From: Enoplolaimus lenunculus
Taxonomy: Eukaryota
Reading direction: 5' to 3'
Assembly (NCBI GenBank): GCA_030248215.1
Contig: JASANG010002509.1
Location: forward strand, 62,001-126,000
Length of the DNA: 64,000 nucleotides
Positions 12,136 through 24,674 of the stretch are shown in pieces. Position 1 is the first letter of the stretch, and every line of letters begins with the position of its first letter. Both the position numbers and the translations under genes were made by a program. Under the pieces are notes generated by a model. The model did no database searches. It was not told the origin of the DNA and saw only the letters and a program-made list of their open reading frames with translations.

Positions 12136-14951
12136 TTAGTGCTATATTTTTAATAACTCGATTCTACTGACAGGTAATTGTCATTAATAATGCAGTAGGC
12201 ATACCATTGCGAAAGCTGAGCAGTGCAGCCACGAACTTTAAATGGGGTGTGTGTAACTTGCGATATACAACAAAATGTAAACCCTAAACCATAACCAATT
12301 ATCACAATGTTCCCTTTAAAACATTTTTCTTTTCTAAATAAACGGATGGTGACTTTGTCTCACAGACTCCAAGTTGGGCTTATACCTAAATTATTTGGGC
12401 TCTCTTATTAGGCCCGTAGCCAGCTCACCTTGCTAGAGGGGGCTAAAAACTTTTCAGGAGGGGCATTCAATGGTTTTCGATGAGTTACAAGCAAGGTTGA
12501 AAACTTTCTAAGGGGGCTGAGGCCCCTGCCTCCCCCTTGGGTACGGACCCGTCTGTTTATCTTTGAAAGTTTATGCTCAACTTTGCCGAGCTGCTGTTTG
12601 ACGCAAAACTAATGCAAATGCAAGTTGACTTACAATAATTAATATTTAAATTCTTTTGCAATTTCTCAATTCCAAAACATGGATTCCGTCAATCTACCGG
12701 ATACGGCAGTTCGCAAATGAGTTTCTGTGCTGAAATTTTTAAAATGCAACGCAAAAACGTTACTGCAATGCCTATTGAATGGTTTGGTTTAATTGCACTA
12801 TTCTTAATACTCAAAATGATGTTGGAAAAATACATTAATGTCGGTTACGTTTTCTACCCAAGATCAACTTTGTGTAGGAACATTTCTGTGAACTGGCGAA
12901 AATTACTGAACATCAATTGCCTCTGTTGCATCAGTGAAATAATGGCTATTGCTGCGACCGTGGTGATTTAAATATATTAGCTAACATTTTAATTCATTTT
13001 AAATCACGCCCGTAGCCAGCTCACCTTGCTAGGAGTGGGGGGTAGAAATTTATAAGCAAACGTATTTAAGGGTTTTCGTTATCTTACAAGAAAGGTTGAA
13101 AGTTTTTAGGGAGGCCAAAAAACTTTCCATGAGACCCTTTTCGATGGGTCGGGCAATATGAGTTAATTTGAGTATTCAAGTACTGGAACCATCATGGATG
13201 TCCAAAAATTATGGCCCAATGTAATGATTTCGAATTATACTGGACTATAATTGGTTTAAGCAGGGTTAAAGTAGTTTTCTAAGCGGAACCTTTCTGGATC
13301 CGCCCTGTCTACGGGTATGTCAGTTTTAGTATCGATTGTTTGAGTATTTCCTAAACAGTGTAGTTTTGGTTATTTTTTGACAAGAACCCAAAAGACGAGT
13401 AACAACATCTTTTTGGTTAATTACACGTCAAATTTGTGATTTTATAAATACACGAAAACTCATCAACAGTTTGTTATTAAGAGAAAATTAATTAAACCCG
13501 CGGATAATATACAGGATATCAGCGTTCGCGTACGAGCCCGAAGCCAAAGACGGCTCAGAAGGCAACTCAGTCCCTTGTGCAAAACGTTTGATTCTCCTAG
13601 AAAATATTCAATCTTATTTATCAGTCAACGAAACACTTGTATGACTCTCCTGGAAAAAGATTTAGCCCTCTCAAGCAAGCTGAAATGGCTACTGGCCAAA
13701 GTCAATTTTATTGCAAAATTTGGCTATTGATGTATAAGGTCAGTCAGTCTAGAGCCGCGTAGAGAAATCGTAGGTACAAACCAACTGCAAACGAAAACAA
13801 ATTCAATTTTATTAAAAAATTCAAATTTCAAGTTGACATTTCAATGTGACGTTTTCAATCAAGGACGCTGAAAAGCCTCAGTTTTCAACTCAGTATTGTG
13901 TTTTATACCGGAACCGGATGCTGCAATTGTCAAATTTTTGAGCCAGGCGAACTGAAAGTGTTTGGCGATACGAAAGCAAGCACCGACTGAATCAAGAAAA
14001 CATCAGTGACTAAGCGCTGCATTATATAAGCAGCTCGCATCGTCGGACTCGGCCGCAAGCCGATGTGCGTCGACCGGTGTCACGGCAAGAATGAGGTAAT
14101 GAGATCCGTGGTGACGCTGGATGCGTGGTAACTCAAGTTAACAACGCAAGCGTTATTCGAAGTAATAAATACGCTTTCTAATACTTAAATCATCATAGCA
14201 GTTCTTGAAATTTACTAATGGTTCTATGATGCACAACTGGTGGTGTGCAAACGGACCGAAAACATCGGACTTGCGTAGTGGCGGATCCATGAGTTTAAAG
14301 AACACGGGGATTACATGAGATATAATAGTGAAAAAAAGCTCTCGAGCGAAGCGAGCAGGAAACCAAACGCTATTTGAGTTTTACAACTTAATATGTACTG
14401 TAGTGACCTGAATAAGAGGTGGAGTACTGATATTTGTTTGACCTCTACAGAGGGTACTCCCGCTGTTATTCGGTTACGGACTGTTATTATTTTTAACCCG
14501 CCCTCCGCCGGCCTTCGTTACTGATATGTATTCGGTATTGCAACTATCCGTTGAATTAAACGTTTATTAGTCTTGTGTCAATAGCTTGAGCGATAATCAA
14601 AGGTTATACTACGAGTGTACTTTCAAATCTTAACTACGTTTTAAAGTTTTGAACTCAACTTTATTAGGTCCTGGAGTCATTGATGCGCTACAATTAGGAA
14701 TAATTGACATTTATGGATTCTAATTAGGGTTTAGGGACTCTATCCGCTTACCTACGTTTATTAGGGATACGAACTCGTATTGATTTTAGCTCAAAATGAG
14801 GAACCGATCTTGTTACCCCCCCCTTTATTCAGTACATACAAAATCTGGGATTTGATCTGTGTTAGAGGAAGGGAACTTGTTTGCTTTAAGCTATTATATC
14901 AAGAGCCCACATTCTCAAATATGTATAGCCTCTATCACCAGTTGGTAATAC

Positions 14952-15320
14952 CAAGAGTGCATGATACCCTTTAACAAGAGTATGCAACTGGGTAACAAGA
15001 GTATGCAACTGGGTACATTTTATGTAGAAAAAAATGTGCCCAGCGCGCGTTGCATTTTTGGTTTACCCCCCGTATTTGGGGGGAGGGGGTTCAAAATCTC
15101 CATCGATGTTGAAATTCATGTGCTATTGTATATACTAAAATGTGGTCCGATTATATTTTCCGTGTTGGCTGGCGGATACACGTGTAAAATGTACGTAAAA
15201 TTTACCCCCCCCCCCCAAAATGAGGGGGGTTGGCCAAAAACGCAACGCGTGCCGGTACATTCTTTAATACACAGAATGTACCCAGTTGCACACTCTTGTT
15301 AAAGTGATCATCCACTCTTG
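14952..15320. mobile_element. CAAGAGTG...CACTCTTG MITE with doubled TIR (possibly P-like)
   Basis: GTAATAC duplicated on both sides; copies near 3985-4297, 16864-16956, 17414-17729, 41515-41828. Confidence 0.65.
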
Positions 15321-16180
15321 GTAATACGTTTTTAAATTCTCGATCAGTCGAGGTTGCAAATGTCAAATTTTGCACAGAAACAAGGTGAAATCATAATACT
15401 ATGATGGATTCCTAAGCCCTTCGTTCAGTGATTTGAATGTTTCAAGTTCTATCACCAACTTGATTGATAAGTGCTACACACATTTGAGAATACGTGACTT
15501 ATAAGCTTTAAACTGCTGACTGTCGGTGAATTTCTTAGCTCTGTCTGCGCTAGTTTCTTTCGACTTATGACAAAACATAAATGTGTCACATAAAAGTTTG
15601 TTGATATTTTTTTGGTCAAAATGTCAATTGTTATTAACGCCGTTACGTGGGAATTTTGCTAAGTAATTGACACAGGATGTTTGCTTCACAGCCTATTTCT
15701 GGTTTAGGTTCCAGTCGGTTAGCTAGCCAGTTTACCTTTCAAGGGGGGCTGAAAAATTTTCTATAGGCGTATATAAGCGGTTACGTTTGGCTTACAAGTA
15801 AAGTTGAAAATTTTCTAGAGAGGTGGCAAAATGTTTCTAGAGGAGGGTTGACCCTCCTGCCTCCCCCCTGCTGCGGGTCCATTGAGCGGGTGCTGGTTTT
15901 CGTTGAAAATATTTGAAATCCTTCAGCTAATTTTGCTTCTAGGCGTTGACCAAAATAAACCCGTCCCACAGGTTTGTTGTAATTTTTTTCGGTCGAAATG
16001 CCAGTTGTTATCAACGACATTACGTGACAATCTTGCTACGTATACAGGTTGTTCGCTTCAGTGCCTAATTCTGGTTTAGGTTCTAGTTGGCGTACAGTGC
16101 TGGTGCTTGATTTTCATTCAATCTATTTTTGTTACCGGGTGTAAAAGTTGAATCTGACACACCCGTCTGGTCGGTATTTC

Positions 16181-16373
16181 GACCAATATTACTTTAAGGG
16201 ACGTAACAGTAGATTAAGCGTATTACTAAGCCTAAGTCTAAGCGTAAGCGTTTCAAAAATGAGTTTCTAAAGCCTAATCCTAAGCCTAAGCAAAAAATGT
16301 AATCTAGAATCTAAACCTAATCTTTTATAGGCCGACCAGAGAAACCTGGACGCCTCTTAAAGTAACATGGGCT
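16181..16373. mobile_element. TTAGGC-carrying MITE, subfamily C
   Basis: CCAATATTACTTTAA...TTAAAGTAACATGGG TIR, internal GCCTAA; related copies at ~37690-37823, 45075-45245, 46918-47046, 47427-47654, 48555-48951, 49089-49297. Confidence 0.75.
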
Positions 16374-18762
16374 GGTATACGGATCGAATGAAATATTTGA
16401 AAAACTTTTGCTAATTTTATTTACTGCAATAGTTAAAAATATTATGATAGCCTTTCATTTTCCTCGTTTTTTGTCGACTGACACAATATTGTTACAAATT
16501 CAGAAGAATGGCTAATCGTTTATGGCATACATTAAGCTTCATAGCTTTAAGTAGAGATTTATTACTTAGAGTATTGTATTGACATGAAAGGTTATTATTG
16601 AACTTCTAATCTGGATATCTTTTTATACAACTGACCATTGAAGAATCTAAGGGGGGTACAGAAACCTAGCATCCCCCACCAACAGAGATGAAAAACAAGC
16701 TTTGTGTAACGGCTGAACATTAAAATAGCGTCCGGCTTCTAGCTGGCTTAATTCTAGAATTAGTTTCAACCGTCCACTTCACGCGATCCTATTTTTTGGA
16801 CCTTTTTGGATCGGCCGTTGTACTGATTAAATACTATTAGCAAAAGTCGATGATTATTGTTTGACAAGAGTATGCAACTATTTGTTTTGGACTTGGTATC
16901 AAAATTTACCAGGCAAACCAGTTTGCATACTGTTGTCAATCAATCATCCACTCTTGTTTTTAAGGTAATAAAAAAGGTTGTAAAAAGCACCGCATTTTCA
17001 GCAGCCTTACTTACGGTAACCATTATCATTTGATATTTTTTGTGAGGTCTGAATGACCAGTGGACCCCCTAAAATATTTGTGTGAGATGAGGTAATATTT
17101 AGACCCCACAAAATTTGACCAGCCATAAGTACTTGGCGGTCTATGCCTACAATTCAATACACCAAATATGGGTACTTGTTTGGGTTTTCCCTATAACGTC
17201 ACCCTTAGTTTTACAGAGTAGGGTGGTATGAGCACTTTGTACCTTCCAATCATTCGAGCTTCCGCGCCTCTGAATTTTCTGTAATTTCAAGAAACCCTAA
17301 ACAGGATGGGCCTGTCGCTGCCTAAGCATCCTGCAGTAAAACAGGTTATTGTTAGAACAACATTTCTAAACAAGCACTTCTGATGCTTGAATTTTTTTTG
17401 CGTTCAGTAATACCAAGAGTGGATGATGCATTCTTTAACAAAAGTATGCAACTGGGTACATTCTGTGTAGAATAGAATGTATCCGGCAGGCGTTGAGTTT
17501 TTGCCGTACCCTCTTTTTTTAGAAGGGGTACAACCTGTGCGAACCATGCCACTTTATGTATCCGGCAACAAATTGCTCAGTTTATAATTTAATTTAGGGT
17601 TATTGCATGTGACAGCGACCACCCCTCTAAATTAAGGGGGGTCGGCCACAAACGCAGCGTCAGCTGGGCTGGTACATTTTGTACCATGCGCAAACCAAAG
17701 AGTTGCACACTATTGTGTCATGCACTCTTGTTGGTACTGTTTATGCATGGGTCTTGGAGGGTAACAGATGCTAGGAAGTGGGGGGCGGGCCCTGGTGGTG
17801 GTAGCCCTCGTTATTGGAAAGTAAACAGATGGTCTTGTCCGATGGTTACAGCTAATGTGTGACTTGAAAACATTCCATTTACCAAATTATCAACTACTGT
17901 GATGGCAAGATTTGAACAAGCACCAAAAAATTTGCATCGACTTTGTAAATAGATTTATTACAAATTTATGTCGGGTTTCTAAACGGCAAAAAATGGTGAG
18001 TCAAATTAACACTACAAAAATAGACGTTACGGGACTACACAAACTGAGTCAAATTCGACGCCACCATAGTCAAACCTGCGACTAACTGAGTCGAACTTGA
18101 CTCTGACGGAGTCGATGTTGACTCAGTTTGTGTAAAGTCTCGTAGAGCCTATTTCGGAGAGAATCAATTTGACTCACCATTTTTTGCAGTGTAGCTCGCG
18201 ATCACCTCGCTCGAGATGTTTTGTTCACCGTTTACGCTGAAATATTTTGATAAAATTTGTGAAACAGTTTTGAAATACTTTCCCTCCTGTAGGTTTGTAG
18301 GGGTTATTTTCTTAATTGAAATCGTCTCAGTGCACTTTTAAATCAACTTTAATATATTTGCGAGTTAAATTGACACTTTATAATTTAAACAGCTCTATCT
18401 CTTGATTCGTTCAAAGTAACGTTGAATTTACATTTACACAATTCAAAGATTTGGGCTAAACCTGGTTTCAATGTGGTATGACTTTGTTAGCTAACGTCAA
18501 ATACTTAGTTGAAGCAGCGATTCTTAGTAACTATTTTCACGAACTCAAGTGTTTTTTTGGTTATTACCTAAAATTCTGCCTATGTCCTGCTGAGCAAACT
18601 CAGGTTGAAAATTTCTGTGTAGACAAAACGAACAACAACAACAATCTGAATATAGATTGCGTTTAATTGGAGTTATATTTGACCATATCCAATTTTCTGC
18701 CGCGTACTCTGATTCGCTTATCGATAATTCTGTAAAAATTAAAATAACCACATCGTATGGTG

Positions 18763-18966
18763 TCGCCATGTATAGAACAGGGCCGGAAACGTTGTATAAG
18801 TATATTCTTAATGAATAAGCCTAAGCCTAAGCATAAGCATAAGCATAAACACGAGCTTGTACCTAAGCCTAAGCCTAAGTCTAAACAAAAAAATTTGTCT
18901 AAAGCGTAAACGGACTCTATTACAACCCCGCAGGAAAACGATCCGGTGATGTTCTATACATGGGCT
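18763..18966. mobile_element. TTAGGC-carrying MITE, subfamily A
   Basis: CCATGTATAGAACAGGGCCGGA TIR; related copies at ~40665-40816, 42340-42519, 48613-48804, 53711-54092. Confidence 0.75.
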
Positions 18967-19177
18967 TCGTCAGATTATGATGCCACACTTTAAATTGCAT
19001 TTGACCGATAATAATAAAAAGGGTTTTTCAAACCACATCACAGGGTCTCGTGAATAAAATGACGTTTATCTGTTCCAATTGGCGCTAGGGTATCCGTGTA
19101 AAAAAATTTCAGCTGCACCCTCCTTCCGGTTCTTTTCTTAAGCAATTATTTATTTTAGTAGAGAATATATGTAATGT

Positions 19178-19457
19178 TAACAGCAAATATTAACTCAATC
19201 TGAGTTTATTTAATTGCGGGTTACATAATTAATTAACTCAGAATGAGTTCATTTAATTAATAATTCTGAGTAACAGCAAATATTAACTCAATCTGAGTTT
19301 ATTTAATTCCGGGTTACATAATTAATTAACTCAGAATGAGTTCATTTAATTAATAATTCTGAGTAACAGCAAATATTAACTCAATCTGAGTTTATATAAT
19401 TCCGGGTTACTTGATTAATTAACCCAAAATGAGTTCATTTAATTAACAATTCTGAGT
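19178..19457. repeat. 93-bp tandem repeat x3
   Basis: TAACAGCAAATATTAACTCAATCTGAG starts at 19178, 19271, 19364. Confidence 0.9.
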
Positions 19458-19558
19458 TCTGAAAGACCAAATTCAGAGCTCAGTCTTCTGAATACATTCA
19501 ATTAATTCACTAGAACTTACAGTGCAGGGAGTATATCTAAACAGGTACGGTAGATGCC

Positions 19559-20432
19559 TGTGAGAAGTTCGTGATTTTGCAAGGTAAAAGGCCCTGAATC
19601 ACAACTTCTAATTCGTTCTATCCCGATGTTATGCGTATCGCTCTGATTCAGTGACGCGCCCGGTAAATGTTTACTGCCCCACCCGAATGCTTTTATTACA
19701 CCGAATATTAACAAGTAAGATACGAGTACAATATCCAACTAAAATCCGTGCAATCCTAACCCCGTTAGAATTACCATCACAGTTTTACCAAAATTCTAAC
19801 CATGCACTCTAACTCCGATAGATATACACTAAATTTCCGTCGAAACTAACCCCGTTAGAATGACAACCCAGTTAGATTTACTAAACTACGGTTCCCCAAG
19901 TTTCCTTATAACCCCAAGTGTTCCTCGGTATACCATAACACCAGTGTTCAATACTGGATACCCGTAGCGCCCTGCGCTCTACCAATAACACGCCTATCCA
20001 GTTTCCTTCGCATTATCGCCACCGTGGCAACTCCTATTTGACTGAAGACTTACCGCGAAAGATATTCAGACTCCGTCCCGAAGTGCACGAAATTTATCAG
20101 AAATTATAGAAAACACAAAAACTTCGACAAACGTTCAAACGCAACTCGACCTAACCAGCTATGTTGCGATAATGATTCCGGTCCTGGCTATCCATATGCG
20201 TCTCGTCCTAATTTGTATACAAGCCGATATCCGCATTTGGGTGTCCGCCGCACAAATTACGTCCAGAGCCACCCGTTCTACACAACCACAAACAACAATT
20301 AACAACAACAACAAAATACCAGACACCCATTTTGGGTGATGACGTAGCCTAGCTATGTCATTACCCGCAAAATTAGCCAAATAAATATGCAACAATATTC
20401 AACGGCCATGCAAGGCCCAGGTTAGTTTCACA
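19559..20432 (-). mobile_element. Candidate solo LTR
   Basis: TGTGA...TCACA inverted ends, minus-strand TATACAAA (~20220) and AATAAA (~19695); TSD 3/5 (ATGCC/TTGCT). Confidence 0.4.
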
Positions 20433-22616
20433 TTGCTGACGCAGCCGCCATTGCATAATTTCTATCATTTTACCCTCGTCGTTACCATTTTCACAGTTTA
20501 AGCAAAATTTATATTTTTATTGCGCTAAACATTAATCGTGAAACGACGTCTCTGGAATAATAAAATTCATTTACACTCCGCCACCAGTATCCATAATAAT
20601 TACCACGCTGGTTATTGAGTCCATCTTTTCCAATCTTTGCTGCATTTATTATCATTTGCTGATAGGACTTGTAGCTTTCGAGCCCGCAAATGGAGAGGTT
20701 CAAAATTCAGCGTCAACTACCATTTTTTCCAATTATGAGATCCGAAATTGCATCAGTTGTTCAGTTTGACAACCAATCGCTAACTGGTTATAGGTGCTAT
20801 ACACATTTGAGAATATGGGATCCCGGATTACCTTAGATTCACTGGATTTTGAATCGTTGAGAAAAAAATTGGACATATTTGCTTGCATGTAACAACGATC
20901 AGAATTTTATACACTTTTGCTATAGTTTTTAATGATTTTAGCATAAAATTTTTTATATTCCGAAATAAAATGATTGCTATGCCCATGTGGTTAGTGTCAT
21001 GGGTACCGGTAGACACTAGCGGTTTCAGGGGGGCGGAGTTGGAGCGTCCGCTTCCCCCGTCAGAGTTTCTTTGCGATAAAATGGCAAAGTCCCTGCCGTA
21101 CAAATTTTCCCTCAGTAAAATTTTTTGTACAAAAAATACAATTTTTACCCTCAGAATTTTCGGTGCGATAAAATGATACGTTCTCTGCCTTACAATTTTT
21201 CCTCTTAGAAACCTTTCTGGTGATAAAAAATAATGTCCCTCCTACCATGCAATTGTTGCGTTTCATTTTATTTGCCAGCCCGCCCCCCCCGGTCAGACAT
21301 TTTTGGATCCGCCTCTGCCGGCAGGTATCTGCCGTGGCTGCAGGGGGTTTCGAAACAATATTTATGTAAACATGTGGGTATACAGAGTAAGAAGGTTAGT
21401 AAATTTGAAGCTGCCACAACTGATTTAAAAACAATTTTTCATTGTACCACAATTTTGATACATCCAACGGATATTCTAAACCCGTTTATGGATGACATCT
21501 TATACACCATATGTTACGTTTAGTGTGATCAAACTCGCTTGACATCTCGAGCAAAATATTTTGTACGTTTGGGACTGATTTTTCCAGTTTTATAAGACAA
21601 AAATATTATTTCAACAGTCAAATGATTGATTTTATTGAATGTTGAATGAAATTTTCAAATTAAATTTAAAAAAAATTTTACATTTTCAATTCGAAGCAAA
21701 TATGGTGTGTTGTGAATGGTAAATGTAATGATTTTGTAGCGTCATAGACAATCTCTGATGGCAGAACGGTGCTGACATTGCTAATCAAGTAAGGTTACGC
21801 GACAAATTTCATATCAGTATATTTTCTGTAAACGTGATGTAATGTAGTGACCTGAATAAGAGTGGGGGATTGATATTGAACTAAACTTGATTTGGTCTTA
21901 TAGTATTTTATACACTACAATTTGAAATAATTACCTTTTTTGGACTCTAACTAGGGTTCAGGGACTCTATTATCCGTTTACGGACTCTTATTAGAGATAC
22001 GAACTCGTATTGATTGGGACTCAAAACGGGGACCCCTTCTTATTACCCCATACCATCTTATTTGGGTCACTAGAGTTATACGCCTTCTTGGCAAATGCTG
22101 TGAGACTCATATTCTTGTGTGTTCTGAGCCAGTCGGCCTGATTCGAAGCCCTTTGAATCATAGTGTTTAGTCCATTTTAACCATTGTGAACTTTAATAAG
22201 TCCATTTGTAAGGTTTTCGGTCATGTTTTTGCCCCCCCCCCTAGAAAATTTTCAACCTTGCTGTTAAGTCATTTACGGTCCCGGCCGTCCGAGGTAGCAG
22301 CCTAAACGTTTGTAGCGCCTGTCCGATGGCAAATATTCATAACGAGGACTGATTAATGTGAACGGGAACATTAAATGATGGTACAATTTAACAGATTAGC
22401 GCCTTTGGGACGCCCTTAAAGTAACATGGATCACCTTGGGTTTTGAAATTCATGAATTTTATATTAAACAAAGAATATGCCAGATTTCTAATGAGTTTCA
22501 GCGTAATCAACCAGTTAAGTTAATCCGGAAAGTTTAGCTTACTAAAATACTTCAGATATATTTCACTAACTTCTTTAAGTATAAGTGTATTAATATTGAA
22601 TAAATCTTTGCTTATG

Positions 22617-23469
22617 AGGGGTTCACGTTATAACTGGGGCAGTCGGGTCACGTTTTGTTACATGTTGATTCGACATCAACAAATTTTTGTTACCATCATA
22701 TGATACGGACAAGCAAAAGTCGAATATCATGTGATATTGCTATACAAAGCACGGGTATTCATGTTATCTCAGCTTACAAGTGTTCGAATGGCACGTAATA
22801 TAATCAGACATATTGTTGAATATCATATGCTATTCCAAATTAACAGCATATATGATATGATATTCAAAGACGAATTTGGAGTATCATATGATATTCCATT
22901 ATATAGTTTAAGACGTATACAATCCGCTAAAATTTTGAATATTCCCTCCCAAATTCGAATTTTTCTGCCAAAATTTGAATTTTCCCGCCAAATTTTGAAT
23001 TTTTGCGCCAAAATTTGAATTTCCCGCCAAAATTTGAATTTTCCCACCTGAATTTGAATTTGCCGCCAAAATTTGAATTTTCAACCAAAATTTGAATTTT
23101 CCCGCCAAAATTTGAATTTCCCGCCAAAATGTGAATTTCCCGCCAAATTTTGAATTTTCCCGTTTAAAATTGAATTTCCCGCCAAAATTTGAATTTCCCG
23201 ACAATTACATGTCGATTAGTATCATATGATATTCCAAACCTAGTTATGCAGCTGACTCAGTAGACATTTTCAAAATGATCATATGATATTGACAGACAAC
23301 GTAGGGAATATCATATGATATTGAAGGACAAAACATGACCGATACGTGATGTTAGCAGACAACCACTGTTTTTTGAATGTCATATTGGGTTACATCGCAG
23401 ACAAAATGTTACCCAATATGTACAACGTGACAAAACGTGGCCCAGCTGCACCATATATAACGTGAACTC
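22617..23469. mobile_element. TIR element with internal 19-20-bp minisatellite, nested in an AT-rich MITE
   Basis: ~45-bp TIR GTTCACGTTATA...; host halves 22540-22615 and 23470-23650 match the uninterrupted copy at 25227-25500 in reverse. Confidence 0.7.
22930..23200 (+). repeat. Minisatellite (AAATTTGAATTTCCCGCCA)n, ~13 units
   Basis: Direct reading. Confidence 0.9.
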
Positions 23470-23798
23470 AACATTAAATAGCGTAAATAAGTAAAACTAC
23501 TTCTGTCATTTCCTCATTAATTAAGTAAATGTAAAGCTGAAAATTTTTTGTTTGCTTAAAATTAAGTTAAACTTTGCCAAGCACCATAGTATGTAAAACC
23601 GACACTTAATTTGGCAACAGTTGCACTTAATTTTGAGTATATTTTTGTATGCAATCGAAAACTGTGTCTGAAAATTTTTTTGCATCTTTGTGTTGTTTGT
23701 TTGAAGTTTGTTTGTCCCAACATTAACAAAATTGTCAACCTTGTTTGTTAGTCATCAAAAACCCTTGTATGTCCTTTCGGAAAATTTTTTAGCCTCTC

Positions 23799-24120
23799 AC
23801 TAGCGGATCCAGAATGAGGGAGAAGGAAGCGTACGCCCCCGTCGGAATTTTTTGTGATAAAACGGTAAAGTCCCTCCCTACTTTCACAACTTTCCCCCTC
23901 AAAATTTTTTTTTGTGAAAAAATGCTATTTCTACATTCAGAAATTTTTTTGTGAAAAAATACTATTTCTACCCTCACAAATTTTTTGTGATAAAATGATT
24001 TTACCCCTAAGAAAACTTTTTGGTAATATAATGATAAGGTCACTCACTACCTTAGATTTTTTGCGTTTCATAACATTTGCTAGCCCTACCCCAGCCGCGA
24101 AATTTTCGGATCCGCCTCTG
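23799..24120. mobile_element. hAT-like MITE (CACTAGCGGATCC...GGATCCGCCTCTG) nested in a CAGGCCCGTAGCC-family copy
   Basis: TIRs; internal ~36-bp repeats; sister copy at ~21013-21317. Confidence 0.65.
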
Positions 24121-24423
24121 CCCTCCCCCTAACAAGGTAAGCTGGTCACCGGCCAAGGCATGGGGGTGCTAAAATGAAAACAATCCAGTTGTAATACGTC
24201 ACCGTAAAATAGGGACTTCATAAAATCAATCGAATATATATTTTATGTCAATCTGACACCTGTTACGGTGACCATACTTGATGGTTTAGACCTTAGAATC
24301 ACAAAATCTCAAAGCTTAAATATGCAAAACATTTATCTGATTTCTTTGTATCTGTTTTGCGTTTCGTTTCGTCTCATTATGTGTATTTAGATTCCACTTA
24401 TTCGTAGCAACCTGCTGCTATAC

Positions 24424-24598
24424 CCAGTGCCGGAAAAGACAGGGGAGAGGGTTCCTCCGAAATTTCAGGGTGGAGGCCCCTAGAAGCCAGACACATTTTA
24501 AAACTCCGGCGGGTTTTGTTTCAACCGGTTAGGGTGGGGGGGCCTTTAGGGGTGGGGCCCCCCAAATGGAGTTATGGGGGGGAGACGTTCCGGCCCTG
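24424..24598. mobile_element. hAT-like MITE
   Basis: CAGTGCCGGAA...TTCCGGCCCTG, TSD GCTATACC/GCCATACC. Confidence 0.7.
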
Positions 24599-24674
24599 GC
24601 CATACCATTTGTCGTTTTGTAGGCGATTTTTGTTTTAGCTGGCAAAATAAGCTTTGGTTTGGTTTCGTTATATT

